DNA of 64,000 nucleotides from NCBI GenBank assembly GCA_038087875.1, contig JAXLNO010000487.1, positions 1 through 64,000 on the forward strand, given 5' to 3'. The notes beneath the pieces are model-generated. The model was not told where the DNA came from. It did no database searches and was given only the letters and a program-made list of their open reading frames with translations. The stretch comes from Malacoraja senta (lineage: Eukaryota). Shown here piece by piece: positions 24,401 through 37,328 of the stretch (its first letter is position 1; every line of letters starts with the position of its first letter). The position numbers and the translations under genes were made by a program.

Positions 24401-26026
24401 AATTTCTTCTTTGTTCATCTTGAATAAATATCTTTTTCTTTTTACCTGGTGCTTAGGATTGTCATTTATTTTCCTTGTTTAATTTGTTGATCTAATAAAC
24501 AGCAATCAAAATCTCCATTGATCATTGGACTGCATCGATTTAGGAGCTGAAAATGCCAAAGTGGAGTAAATTCAGCAGTGAACACATAATTTCATAATTT
24601 TAGGACTTCATTTTGGTGTCATCTGTTTTGCATTTGTGAGTAATAGAAGCCTGAGGAGACTGGAAGTGTTTGCATTCAATGGAAGTTGGGAGGTTGATAT
24701 AACTTTGACCTCGATCATCACTGCTTAATTGGATAAAAATATTCAGCTCTGGTCAATTAAAGGTGTGGTATAACTCTGATCATTTTGTGCATAATATGCA
24801 AGTAACCAAAGCATTAGAGTTTTGTTGCTTTAAGTACATAAGCATTTCCTAGGTTGCTTATTGTGAATAGTGGTTTGTTATACAAGCAAATGCAGGGGGA
24901 AAAAAGCACTTTTACTGGCAATTAATGACTGCGTTGTTTGTTTTGCCTTGTCTTAAAAAAACATGATTGTCTTAAATTGCTAATTTATGAAAACACCAAT
25001 TTGGAAAAGTACATTGTATATGTGCTTTGTGGACTATTATGTGGAATGTTTTGTTTCTTTGCCTCTGAGAGATCCTACTGATTAAATTTCTCTGAGCTGT
25101 TCCTATGACCTCGCATCATTTTATTCTTGCTGTTGGTCAATACCATGTATCAGTCATTCTTAATCAGTGAAGAAATAACAATCATCTTCATTCTTTTTAA
25201 CTAATTATGCTTTAGGAAATTGACCTTGCCGTATCCATAATTATTTTGTGTTGCTTTATAATGTTGATAATGTGTATGCAGAAATGTTCCAATGTGCCAG
25301 TTATGCCTCATATCCACAATAGCTCGGAGGGCAAAGGTGGACCTGGGGCGAGGAGGAACAGCTGCAAGGGGGGGGGGGGGGTGAAGAACAAAGGAGGACC
25401 GGGCACGTGGTTACTTAGTGAGCGCCCTTTACGTGGTAACTATTTGCATACCTAGGCCATGCAAGCAAATAATTTCACTGTGACTTGTAAAGTATTCAAT
25501 TCAATTCAATAGACAGATAATTGCAATAAAAGTGAATGAGAGAAGATGAGAAGCAGGAACAGAGGGAAGAGTTGTGTTCCATTTTGCCATGCATTACAAG
25601 CAGGGAGAAATCACTTAACTACCTCATCACAAAAATAGTTTCTGACTGAAAAATTGTAAGCTTTTTGCATTGTAGTTTATGTTGTAGTTTTCATCAAGAG
25701 TATTGATTATTGTTTTTGCTTTAAAGAATCAGAGTTGCTTCTTAAATGATGTTGATGTGTTTTAAAATGAGGAACTTGAAATTGTATCCAAATTAACAAT
25801 TGACGGTGGTCTATGTTGCTGTTGGGGAGATGAATTGGAATATTGTGGTGTTGGTTATTTTAAAATATTGTTAGTGGTATTTTTATTGTGCTTTATACTT
25901 TGGGGTATTTTGTTCAAAATCTATTGATACAAACTCTAACATTAGACCTTTTAATACTGTATGTTATATCAGCAAGTTTAAAAATTAATGAAACTCTAGG
26001 CACTTTTGAAATCCTTTTGTTATAAT

Positions 26027-26120
26027 TGAAGAAGGGTTTCGGCCCGAAACGTTGCCTATTTCCTTCGCTCCATAGATGCTGCTGCACCCGCTGAGTTTCT
26101 CCAGCATTTTTGTGTACCTA
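26027..26120 (+). mobile_element. Short PLE-end element with 12-bp TSD
   Basis: TSD TTATAATTGAAG at 26020-26031 and 26121-26132; begins at (T)GAAGAAGGGTTTCGGCCCGAAACGTT. Confidence 0.85.
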
Positions 26121-27239
26121 TTATAATTGAAGGTTAGAGACATTCTGTAGTGGAAAATTATTAAATTCCATTTACTTTTCACCTTGAAGTTTTGTTCAAA
26201 TCCATTGTAAATCTCCAGGAGTACGAGGTTGAACAGAATGAGTGGGAGGCATTCAGATCTTAAGGAAAGGCTTTTTGACCACGCAACAGGTTGCTGGGTG
26301 ATCAGGTTATGTACAGATCTCTTTAGAAAGGGCACCTGCACTTTGCTGGAAATCCTATAAAAATTCAGCCTGGCTGGTTAATGTTTATACTAACCAGCGT
26401 ACCCAATATTTAACCATGAATGGCTAATAAACTAACTGTATTTGGAAAGCGTGACACCAACAGTGCTGATAAGTGATCATTATTTTCAGGTTGGCTTTTC
26501 ATATGTTTGCATATTGAGAATTAATTTTGCTCCCAATATTGCTGGCAGCAAGAGAATATATGAATAGGCCATTCAATTAGTATAGACAGCGGCCATTGCT
26601 GCTATTTATTATTGGAATCAATTTTACATTGTGTTCACTTCAAGCCTTGATATGCAGGAATTTCAGATTTTGCATTGTACCGCACCTTTGCTGTTGTTCA
26701 ACATGGCTGCACATATTTGCTGCCTTGTCATGCCCTTGCACATAACTTTATCAACCTTGTGCCAACTCGCTTGAATCGTAGGGTTTTTTTTAGCAAGCCA
26801 TTCAGTATTGCTGAACGTGACTGGAAAATATTCAACAAAACCAGCTTGAGCTTTAACTGCAGGAATATATCCAAAGGTTTTTGCAGGAATGTACAGCAGA
26901 AAACAAACTGCTGGAGAATCACAGTGAGTTTAGGTGCTTAAAGCAGTAGGCGGGTTGAAACTCTGCATCCAAACTGTAATTGAACAAAACAATTGACTCT
27001 GATTCCAAGGAAGAGATATAAGGAAGTTAATTCAAAAGGTGTAACTTAGAAGAGACAAGAGGTGAATGGGATAAATTCCAGAGCTTTCCTGGGTGACAGA
27101 AAGTGTGTCTCTCAATGGGACATGTGTGAGAGGTCTGGAAGAGATCACAAAGATGGAGATAAGCGAAGATAGGGAGGAATTTGAATAGATAGATGATCAT
27201 TTTAAATTTGAGGCACTGCTGAGCCAGTGTTATCTTTAC

Positions 27240-29560
27240 TCATGTTCCACGATCTAGGTCTTGCTTGCCAGTCTAGCATTTATTGCCTGTCCCTGATTAC
27301 CTTGAGAGAGTGAAGCACTTTCATGAACTTTTCTAGGGAATGTACTCCCATAGAGCTGAGAGATGGATGTTCCAGGTTTAGCCCCAGAGACAATGAAGTA
27401 ACGCCATTGTATTTCCAGGTCAGAATGGTATACGATGGAAGAGGAACCTGTCAGCGTTCATGTGCACCTACTGGTTTTGACCTTGGTGGAACAGCCCATG
27501 CCTTTGGGTGGTTCTATTGGACTAGCTTAGGCTAGTAACTGCAGTGCATAAATATAGTACACCCTGCAACCCACACTGGTCTGTTTTAGAGAGAATGAAT
27601 ATTTAAGGCGATAAATAGAGTGCCAGTCAAATTGACAGTTTTGTCCTGGTCACTGAGTTACTTAAGTGTAGTTGGAACTGCACTCATGTGATGTATTCCA
27701 TCATGCGCTTAAACCTTGTAAAACCCTAGGGGGATCAGACAGTGACTCATTCACTTCCGGATGCCCAGTCTCAGACCTTTGATAAGTACAGTAGATCTAG
27801 TTTAGTTTCTGGTCGAGAAGAACCCCAGGATATCGATGGTGAAGATTCAGTGATGATAATACCATTGAATGTCAAAAATAGATTGTTTGACTTTAGCATT
27901 CTTGTGGAGTAAATGTTATTTGCTACTAACCAGTCCATGCCTGAATGTTGTCTTGGTATACAGGCATAGACCACTTCATTTAGTTTTAGTTTTAGAGATG
28001 CAGTGTCGAATCAGGCCCTTCGGCCCACCGAGTCCACGCCGACCAGCGGCCATCCATACATTAATTCTATCCTATGCACTAGGGACATTTTCCAGAAGCC
28101 AATTGATCTACAAACCTGCACGTCTTTGGATTGTGGGAGGAAACCGGAGCATCCATTGAAACCCCACGAGGTCAAAGGAGAACGTACAAACTCCGAACAG
28201 ACAGATGCATAGTCCGGATCGAACCCGGGCCTCTGGAGCTGTAATGCAGCAACTCTAGCGCTGCGCCACTGTGCTGCACCCGAGGAGTTTTAAATGGAAA
28301 TTAACGTTGTTCAATCACGGTAAAAACGCCCCCAATACTGATTTTTTTTTATTGGATGAAGGTTAATGATGAAGCATCTGCAAATGGTCAGAGCTTGGAC
28401 ATTGCCCTGAGGAACTCTTGTAATGAATCCTGTACTGGGGCTCCATCAATTGCAACTAGCTTCCTTTGTGCAAGATATAACCCCAACCACTGGAATGTTT
28501 TACCTTCAATGTCCTTCGACCAGTTTTATTGGAGCTCCTTTTTAGCGCACAGTTTCAAATGCTGCCTTGAAATTATTCATTCATTTGGTCCCTGGAATTT
28601 GGCTCTTTGGCCCATGTTTTGGACCAAACCTCTAACATCTGGAGTCAAATAATCCTGGCGACTCCCTTAGTAGGCATCAGCAAGTTTGTTATTGATAAGT
28701 ACTACTGATAACACTCATGATTTAGGGGCAAACTGGGTGACACCAGGCTAGATAGCTTGTTTTCCTGCTCTTTATGAACGGGATACCTTTCCATGTTATG
28801 GGTTGGAACTATTGGAAAAACCTATCTTGAGAAGTCTTTAGTTTTGGAGTGTGGATCTTCAGTGTTGCAGTCAGTTTCTTAGTACTGTCTAGATTGTATT
28901 GAATTGGCTGAAGACTGGAGAAAAAAACAGAGAGGATTAGCTACACAGGACCTCTGGCTCCATATGATCACAAATGCTTCTGTGTATAGCACTCATCTGG
29001 GTCCCACCAGCTTTGAAGATGATAGTATTCTAGGAGCCTGGTGCTGGTCCATTGACACAGGATGGATCCCCAGGCTTGACAGTAATGTAGAGTGAGATGT
29101 ATGGGCATGAGGTAGTGCCCATACAGCCTGCAGTGTGTATGGGCATGAGGTTGCAGGCTGTAGTAGTGCACCTTCTGCTGTTGCTGTGGTCTGCAGAAAC
29201 CAAATTTTCAGCTGACAGGTCTGTTTATAGTTTTTAGCACGAGTTGAAATTCCAAACGACATGTAGGAGGGTATTGTGAAGATGGGACTTTGTTTCCAAA
29301 AGATTGTGTTTTGGTCACTTCTACCAGTGCTATTGTGGACAGGTGTATCCCTCAGAAGTAAATTAGTGAGGATGAGGTCAAGTAGCTTTATCTCTCGTTA
29401 ATCACTTGCTTCCTGGTGCAGATGCAATCTGGCAGGTAGCCGGGCAGTGGTGTTGCAGCCCAGCCATGCAATGATGAGCTTTGTAGTCCAGCAATCAATA
29501 CCCTGCACCTATGCTTCATCCAGTGCTCCTTCCAAGTGTCGTTCAACTAATCCATTGGTT
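27240..29560 (-). mobile_element. Old CR1/L2-clade LINE remnant, with a SINE nested at 27980-28278
   Basis: 'gcatttattgcctgtccctgattaccttgaga' and 'gataataccattgaatgtcaa...gaaattaacgttgttcaatca' are the reverse of the 15080-16545 family; highly decayed. Confidence 0.5.
27980..28278 (-). mobile_element. Full-length V-SINE (HE1-like)
   Basis: tRNA-like head with B-box (GGGTTCGATCC on -), V domain, CR1-like tail ending in (CTAAA)n. Confidence 0.9.
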
Positions 29561-30116
29561 GATTGAGGAGGTACTCGGGAGGTCAGCTCACGCCCATTTT
29601 CATTTGATGCCTTGAAACCTTATAGGCTTGGTGTCAATGCCGGATCAATCCTTGTTCAATGAATTGCAAAATGACTCACCTGGGCCAGCACAGGCTCCTA
29701 GAATATTACCATCTTCAGGCAAGGGAGGAGACCTTGTTTGCTAATTTGATTTCTATGAACTGCAGCAGCAGCAGCAGCAGCAGAATGTTTACCATCACAA
29801 CCTGCAAACTCGCACATCTCTCACTCTACCTTTACTATCAAGCCCAATACATTAATCCTGGTTCAATGATTTGCAAAAGGGCTTGTCTGGACTAGCACTA
29901 GGCTTCTAGAATATTACCATCTTCATAAAGTCAATGGAGCAATGTGGCACTTTGTTGACCAAGCTATAATATTTGGTTGGCATTACAAATACATCTTTAC
30001 TAATAAAGTGTACCATGACGTTTAATGATATGATGACCAGAGTGAATAAATGATACTGTGGCAAATTTTGGCTCTATCATACATATTGCGATTCCACAAA
30101 CTGCACGTCACATTTT

Positions 30117-30240
30117 CTGAAGAAGGGTCTCGACCCGAAACGTCACCTATTCCTTCGCTCCCTAGATGCTGCCTCACCCGCTGAGTTACTCCAGCATTTT
30201 TGTCTACCTTTGATTTTTCCAGCATCTGCAGTTCTTTGTT
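30117..30240 (+). mobile_element. Short PLE-end element with intact hammerhead-like core and perfect 19-bp TSD
   Basis: TSD AAACTGCACGTCACATTTT at 30098-30116 and 30241-30259; starts CTGAAGAAGGGTCTCGACCCGAAACGTC. Confidence 0.92.
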
Positions 30241-33149
30241 AAACTGCACGTCACATTTTAATAATCAGTAAGGAATTAAAAATGTGTCCTTCGTTCATTC
30301 CTCATTACCAGACCAACACATATAGAATTCTACGGGTTTTTTCTTGCCTCCTTTTGAAAGTTGGTTTTGATCTTCTCGCGGTGATCACATAAGCTTGTAT
30401 TGAATGACATTAGAGAATTTATCCCTACAGAAGTTGAGAGAATGCCTAAAATTGGCACTTACTGATGTAGTTATCTGTAGACTATAAGGAAATCATTTGT
30501 GGGGATATCTGAGCAATAAACTATTTATGCCCTCTTGGCAATCACCGCTGCAAGCAATACATGGTACAATTGTCTGCAGAGTAAGTATTTCCAGTGACCA
30601 CTTTGTCTTTGCATTGATGAAGATCAAGTTTTATATTTGATGTTCCTGGTAAGAACAATTATCACAATTTGAAGAATAGGTTAATTTTAAGTCGAAATAA
30701 CCGAAGCAGCAGTCACATTGTTCAGGATGTAACCAGTTTAATCAGGCTGAAAGGTTGCATGTTAACTGGAGGTGAACTCAATAGATCCCATTACAGTTTC
30801 AGCCTACCTCCATTCTATAATTTGTATCTGCTGGATGTGTTTTCCCAATGCAATTATTTGAAACTGGACAAGCTATCTTTAAATGTCTTGTTGACTTAAT
30901 TACGTTATTAATGAGGTTAGAGGTTAATTAGTTCATCAGTGGATTCGAATGAGGATGATGTTTAGAATCTGAGATGATTAGTTGATTTGTGCTGGCCATT
31001 CAGAGGTTTTATCAGCTGCAGGAACACCGTGGCATTCTAAGTGGATTAATCTAATGTTCTTCTTAAGAATGCACAACGATAAGATGCTGCAGTTATAGTT
31101 TAATTATCTTTAGAACATATTATGATGCAATTAAATGCCCTGGCAGTTGAAGATAGTGATAATTAAATATGGGCATTTCATTTTATACATAATGTTTCAT
31201 AAGACTCAAACTAAAATGCACAGTTGTGTAATTGCGAGCACATTCTTGGTTTGCATCACATTAAAATGGTTTACCTCAGGATATTAATTTTGATAGTGAA
31301 AAGGATCATACCAAATGCAGATATTGTGGGGACACTGGAAAAATAAAAATTATTGAAACTGTTTTGTTCTTTTAAAAAAACCCGTCAACTCTGGAAATCT
31401 ATATGAAGTTTTGCACTAACTTTTTGCTTTGCAACCTGGTGGAATCTTTTCAAATATGCTTTTGTATTTCACTTCTTAAATCTTGAATCATTGACTCCTG
31501 ATACTTGCTGTGGGTCAACATGAGCATGAAGTGCCTGTGTCATGGACTGATGTAAAATGTTGGTTGACTTCCGCTGCCTGGTACTGATTTGTCAAGATGG
31601 TCAGTCCTACAAGGATTCAGACCATGTCCTGCTCATAAAATTGGTGAATTGAAACTTTGACAAAATACTGATTTGTTTGTGTCGTTTTACTATTCAAAAA
31701 ACAAATTTTAAACATTTAAATTCTTTAATAAAAATAATGAAACTGTTTAAAAATTAATAACAGTAAAAAGATATCTTTGAACTTCATTCAAGAAAAGCAT
31801 TGATATTCTTTTGCTGAGCAGTGAAATTAAAACACATTAATTCAGGATTAATTTTGATGCTGTTCAATTAATATTGTTTTCAAAACTCTAATTTTGTCAT
31901 ATCAAAGAAAGCTTTGCAGTTGTTAGATCAGAGCATTTTATCTGCTTCCTTTGTGTAAAAGAATCCCAGGAAGGCAAAAATACACACTTTGAACTGATTA
32001 ATATAAAAACAATGGAGGGACAGTTACGTGTTGTCAATGTTTTAATGCTATTTCCTGCAGTTCATTTTGTTTTCTCTGTCACACGAGGCAAGTGCATAGA
32101 GTAGTTATAGCTGTGTTCATTTGAAGTAGCCATTGCTTGTGAAGATCTTTCAGTCCAAAAGTAAGAGGTTGTATTCTACCTGTATATGTTTGCACAGTTA
32201 AAATACACCCAAAAGTCTTTCTCTGTTAGGTCTACATTTTTAACTGACTGTTCTGCCTTTTTTTTTATTAAGTGTAGGTCAAGGACCAATAGAAAGCAGC
32301 AATGAAGGCTACAATTTCCTTGTCCATTTTGCCTCTGAGAGCAAAAGTAGCAAAAATAAAATGACGTGATTTTCTTTACAAATGTTCATGACTTTGGGCA
32401 TTCAACAATAGAAAGGATAAAGGAAGCAACATGAGGTGGAGAAAGAACCTGCCAGCATGTTACCAGGATTATGTTATATTGGAAGCCTTTGGAAGTCAAG
32501 GTTATTTTGTTCTGGAGCTCAGAAGACTGAAGGACTTGTACAGGACAAATATGATTGTTCCATTCTAAAATGATTTCATAGATGCCAAACAAATAAAAAT
32601 TATATTAAAGGCTTGTAAAAAGTGAGTCAAGGGCAATTCGTGCAGAATTGAAAGGGAATGGGAGAAATTTGTTGTAGTTTTTGTTTGTGCCCTTCAATAA
32701 ACTTTAATTACAGCACTGAGAAGAGGAGGTTTCATCCCAAAACATGATTCATGCTGTCCGTACAGAATGAGAATGGTGCCCGAAATATATAATTCACACG
32801 TATGCTATTCAGCACTTGATGATCTTTGAACCTTATCATCAGCAGGAAAAGCAACAGCAAAATATCTCCTTTACACTGCTGTTTGCTCGGTAAGGCAGTT
32901 ATAGACTGTTCAGGTGCAGAGGTTAGTGTTTCTAAAAACTCAATAGGTCAATGTTTATTAAGTTGGTGAAGGAGAGGTATTTGTTTTAACATCAGGTTGG
33001 GGATTACAAGGATAGTGTGCTGTTACTTGCTGTGGCCTGGTTGGATTGTTAAAGTGGCTGAGTATGTTGATGCACTGCAGGTTTTTATAGGAGACTGGAC
33101 ATAAAAGTCACAAGGAGAGACCTGACATTGGGATTGCTTCCAATGAAGT

Positions 33150-33450
33150 GGGAAGATCAACAGGGAATAGGTATAGGAGCCTGAAAACTAATGTCAGGAA
33201 GTAAAGGTTCAGGAGCAGCTTCTTCTCTGCAACTATCTGGTTATTAAACACTACAACCTCCAAATAGGGTCTGAATTGTATACACTTAGGGACATTCGTT
33301 TTTTTTATTTTCCATTATTATTGTCTTTTTATTTGATGTTGTTTTATTTATATACACTGAATTTTTCCGTGTTGTTTATTATCTGTTGTGCTGCTGCAAG
33401 TAAGAATTTTGTTGTTCCATTCAGGACATACGAAAATAAAACACTCTTGA
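33150..33450 (+). mobile_element. Rex-Babar-like LINE 3' end
   Basis: 'gtgggaagatc..aggtataggagcctgaaaac..aggttcaggagcagcttc...aataaaacactcttgac'. Confidence 0.65.
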
Positions 33451-35169
33451 CCCGTGAAAATTTATGATGGTTTTAAATACTATGGAGTAATCGGTTAGAG
33501 AAAATATTTCCAACATCTTTGCATGTTAGTAATAAGGGGCCCGTTAATTAAAAATGTAAAGTCATGAGACAATTAGAAAGTTCTTTGCAGACTTTTGCAA
33601 TGTGGAATGTTTTGCCACAGAGCGTTTGGAAAAGGGACCATAGCATATTGTAAAGAACATTTCTAATGAAACAAAATATTTAGTGCTATGGAGAAAGAGT
33701 GGGGCATTAGATTTCATTTTGGAATGGACTAGCGCGGTGCACTAAATAGAATCAGTTTCTTCTTCCTAAGCTAATTGTGCAAGATCGAAGAGCAAAATAT
33801 CTCTAGAATTTCATTTAAAAATTACCCACCTGACATGTGAAATGAATTTAATTTTTGACAACACCGCCCAAATCCATTATTTCTTCAGAGTCTAAATACA
33901 ATGACAATTTGGGAAATGTTTTCATTTCCAAGCTGCAGACCATTTGAACTGGAAATATTCCTTTACTTCATTGCTGTTGAACCAATGTCCTCGAATTTCA
34001 AACCTGCAGGAAATACATGACTGTGGATGGGTTTAAAAAGAAGGCTCCCATCACCTTGGGCAAGACATTAAATGATTGCTTTATTAACAATGCCCATGCC
34101 CAGAATTTTCTTTTCAAAAGAAAACGTGTTTCTTTCAGTGGTTCTCTCACAGTTTGAATGCTTTTCTTTACATGCAGATGAACAAAACTAGGCATATGTC
34201 ATCTGTACAGTGTCTCAGAGCCTAAGAGTATATAATTATAAAAAAGCACTGTTAGATTGATACATTTGTTTACATTTTATTTTGATCTGCCTAGTTAAAT
34301 TTATATGTAAAAATTACTTTTAGTTGGCATGTTTAATGTTCATAGGGTGCGTCAGAGCAAATTAATTACTTTGAGCATGTAGTTGCTATTAAGCTGCAGA
34401 GGAATGATTGTATTTAGCGGGTTTCCACCGATTTTGAACAGTGCATAACTGAGTTTAAATTCCATGTCTCCTGTGGCCACAGGGGTAGAAACATGTGTCC
34501 TTTTGTTTTGTCTGCATGTTGTGTGCTCTGTTAGTGCTGCATTGTTAGTACCCTCTGGACTGTGCTGACATCAGCAACTTCAAGATATAGTGCCTCCTTG
34601 TGTCTTCCTTCAGGCAGAATATTAGGGAGGTGAGTTGTTCTTAGCAAGCTTCCATATCGGTAGATATCATCTTGTAACAATAAGAGTTCTTCATTAAGTT
34701 TGGAGCATATTGGAAGATGAGCATCTTAACTGGCATTGCATTCAACCATCTTCACTATAACTGTAAGCATCTTAACACATTTTTACATTAAGCTACCAGA
34801 AAGATGAAATTTATCCTTTTTCCATTCCATGAAGCATGAAGTTTTGAAATATAGAATTCCCAGAAAATATATCAGAATGGAAAAGAAATAGGCCATTAAA
34901 GCTCATCCGAAGTTTGTACTTGCAAGATGAGTTGAGTGCAGAGTAACATTTCTCCATCATATGGAGGAGTTGAGGTGAAACTATTGAAGCTATTAAGGGG
35001 TTTGGCGGTAAGTGAGTGAAAGGCAGAACGGAAAAGGATGAAATGCTGTGATAGCGTTGGATAAACACGAGGAATGTAAACAACAATGTGGATTTGTGCC
35101 AGACAGCCTACCTTTGTGTACATTTTATTAATATTTTGTGCAAAGATGAATATAAGCCTAATGATGCCA

Positions 35170-35173
<4 letters not shown>

Positions 35174-35204
<31 letters not shown>
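35174..35204. repeat. (TG)n microsatellite
   Basis: Directly visible. Confidence 0.95.
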
Positions 35205-35205
<1 letters not shown>

Positions 35206-36390
35206 GTCATTTGTTTGGCATTGAACAATGCATTAATCCAAAATACCCACCACCTTTGTCAATACATTGAGATTACCTTTGCCATGCCATTGGGACCTTA
35301 AATTATTGTCCCCTTGAACTCCTTTGTTTTCTACTACTTCGAAACTTAAAATCCATCCATTTCAGCTCTTGTCCTATCTAGCTCTCTCAGGCTCATCATT
35401 TCAATAAACCACTCATTTTAGGCGTGTTTTGCTCTGATAACTGTTAACTGATTTGTAAAACTGTTCCTATTCACTTTGCTTTGGAATATTGTCAAGAGTC
35501 ATGTACTTATATTTATAACAAGGTGTCAGTTTTTTAACAGCTATTTTGCACTAAAGAGTCCATTTGCTTTAAGGGAAACAAAAGTTCCATCAGTGTTGCT
35601 GAGAAAATGACGTTATATTAGTGAAAACTATACTTTTCCTTTCACAAGACAGCGACTTATTTTTCTAAATAAAGTAATTAAGCAAAGTAGGGCTTCAATA
35701 TTTACTTAGAAAGCTCTAGAATTCCTCTTGGGGCATGAAAGCAAAAGAGAGACTGAACACGTTCTTTTGCTGAAGGCAGACAGTCGGGTTGACGGCTATT
35801 AGTTGGTTAACAGTCTGAGCTTTTCCTCTGTCTGGCTGGAGAAGATCCAAGAATATACTCAGTCTCCTTGGGAAAAGAAAAAAAATCATCATTCCCACTG
35901 AACCGTTCGAGTTACGGGCCCACGACCATTCAAAGTTGAGAAGGAATATTTGGGATTTGTCTGAAAATCACGTCCATGCATTGGGACCAATCAGAGGTCC
36001 TGTGTAAGTGGCAGAAGGAGTGTGTCACCTCAAACCACCCATCTACCTGTCCTGTCTACCTGTCCTGTTAGGCACCTCCTGCCCAACATGTAGAAAAAGT
36101 CTGCATTTCTCATATTGCGTGCTTGGGGTGATTGATTTGTGGAATCAAAGTGGAAGAAGATATGCTTAAGGAGAGGTAGTGGCTGGGTTTCGTTTTTAAC
36201 CTCAGAGTTTAAGCACAAAAATGACAAATGTTTGGACCCATCCTTGTTTACCGACAAGCGGATTTATCCAAGTTGTTATAATGCACCAAAAATGGCAAAT
36301 AGACAACACCTGTGACATTGTTTCATCTCACTGTCAAAGATGATCACAGACTTTCGTACAAAAAGTACAAATCACCATCTTTGTTACTTA

Positions 36391-36906
36391 AGGGGCTGTC
36401 CCACTTGGGCGACCTAATTGGCGAGTTTAGAAGAGTTTGAAAAAATGACATGTTGAAGACCTCCTTCGACTATGTAGAAGACCTCCTTCGACTATGTTGA
36501 AGACCAGCTCCGACTAGCTACGACTAACTTCGTGAAAATTGGACACCGAATAGTGGAGAGTGAAGACCACCTCCTTTGACCTCCGTTTGACTGTGATGAA
36601 GACTATCTACGACTACCTTCGACTACCCTCGATTACCTACGACTAACATGCCGACCTACTGCGACTAAACCTACGAGTAAAAAAAGTTGATTTTTTCCAT
36701 GGCGACCTTTTTTTACTCGCATTTTTTAACATATTGAAAAAAAAGCCGCGACCTAGTTGAGGCCTCGAGTATGCGGAGACCACTATCGAGCATGAAGGAG
36801 AGTTACGAAGATCTCCTACGAACTCGTGTCGACCATGCTGCGAGTATGAGTCGAGGGCAAACTCACCAGAACTCGCGGATTAGGTCGCCCAAGTGGGACA
36901 GGCCCT
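36391..36906. mobile_element. Non-autonomous PIF/Harbinger-type MITE
   Basis: ~28-bp TIRs AGGGGCTGTCCCACTTGGGCGACCTAAT / ATTAGGTCGCCCAAGTGGGACAGGCCCT; 3-bp TTA TSD on both sides; internal CGACTA-rich repeats; CpG-rich, so probably young. Confidence 0.9.
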
Positions 36907-36909
36907 TTA

Positions 36910-37216
36910 CGGTGGCGCAGCGGTAGAGTTGCTGCCTTATAGCGCTTGCAGCGCCGGAGACCCAGGTTCGACCCCGACTATGGGTGCTGTCCTTACGGAG
37001 TTTTATGTTCTCCCGCTGATCGCGTGGATTTTCTCCGAGATCTTTGGTTCCCTCCCACACTTCAAAGACGTACAGGTATGTAGGTAAATTGGCTTGGTGT
37101 ATGTATAAATTGTCCCTCGTGTGTGTAGGATGGTGTTAATGTGCAGGGATCACTGGTCGGTGCAGACTCGGTGGGCCGAAGGGCCGGTTTCCGCATTGTA
37201 TCTAAACTAAACTAAA
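36910..37216 (+). mobile_element. V-SINE (HE1-like), nearly full length
   Basis: A-box 'ggtggcgcagcggtagag', B-box 'ggttcgacc', V domain, (CTAAA)n tail. Confidence 0.92.
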
Positions 37217-37328
37217 TGAAACCATCTCTGTCTAATAGGCAGAGATTCTAAGAATTTGTCCTCCATGAAGATTGAGTGACAACTGATTTATCTCAATGAT
37301 AAAGGTAATAACTGCACCAAACTGCACC

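Noticed and set aside
35716..36390. Possible 5' part of the CDK14 retrocopy or other decayed coding sequence upstream of the MITE
   Set aside because: No CDK14 N-terminal peptide (e.g. KMKKLRRTLS, ICVTKMS) was recognised in any frame I could read.
36910..36985. tRNA gene
   Set aside because: The A/B boxes are the tRNA-derived head of a SINE, followed by the V domain and LINE-like tail.
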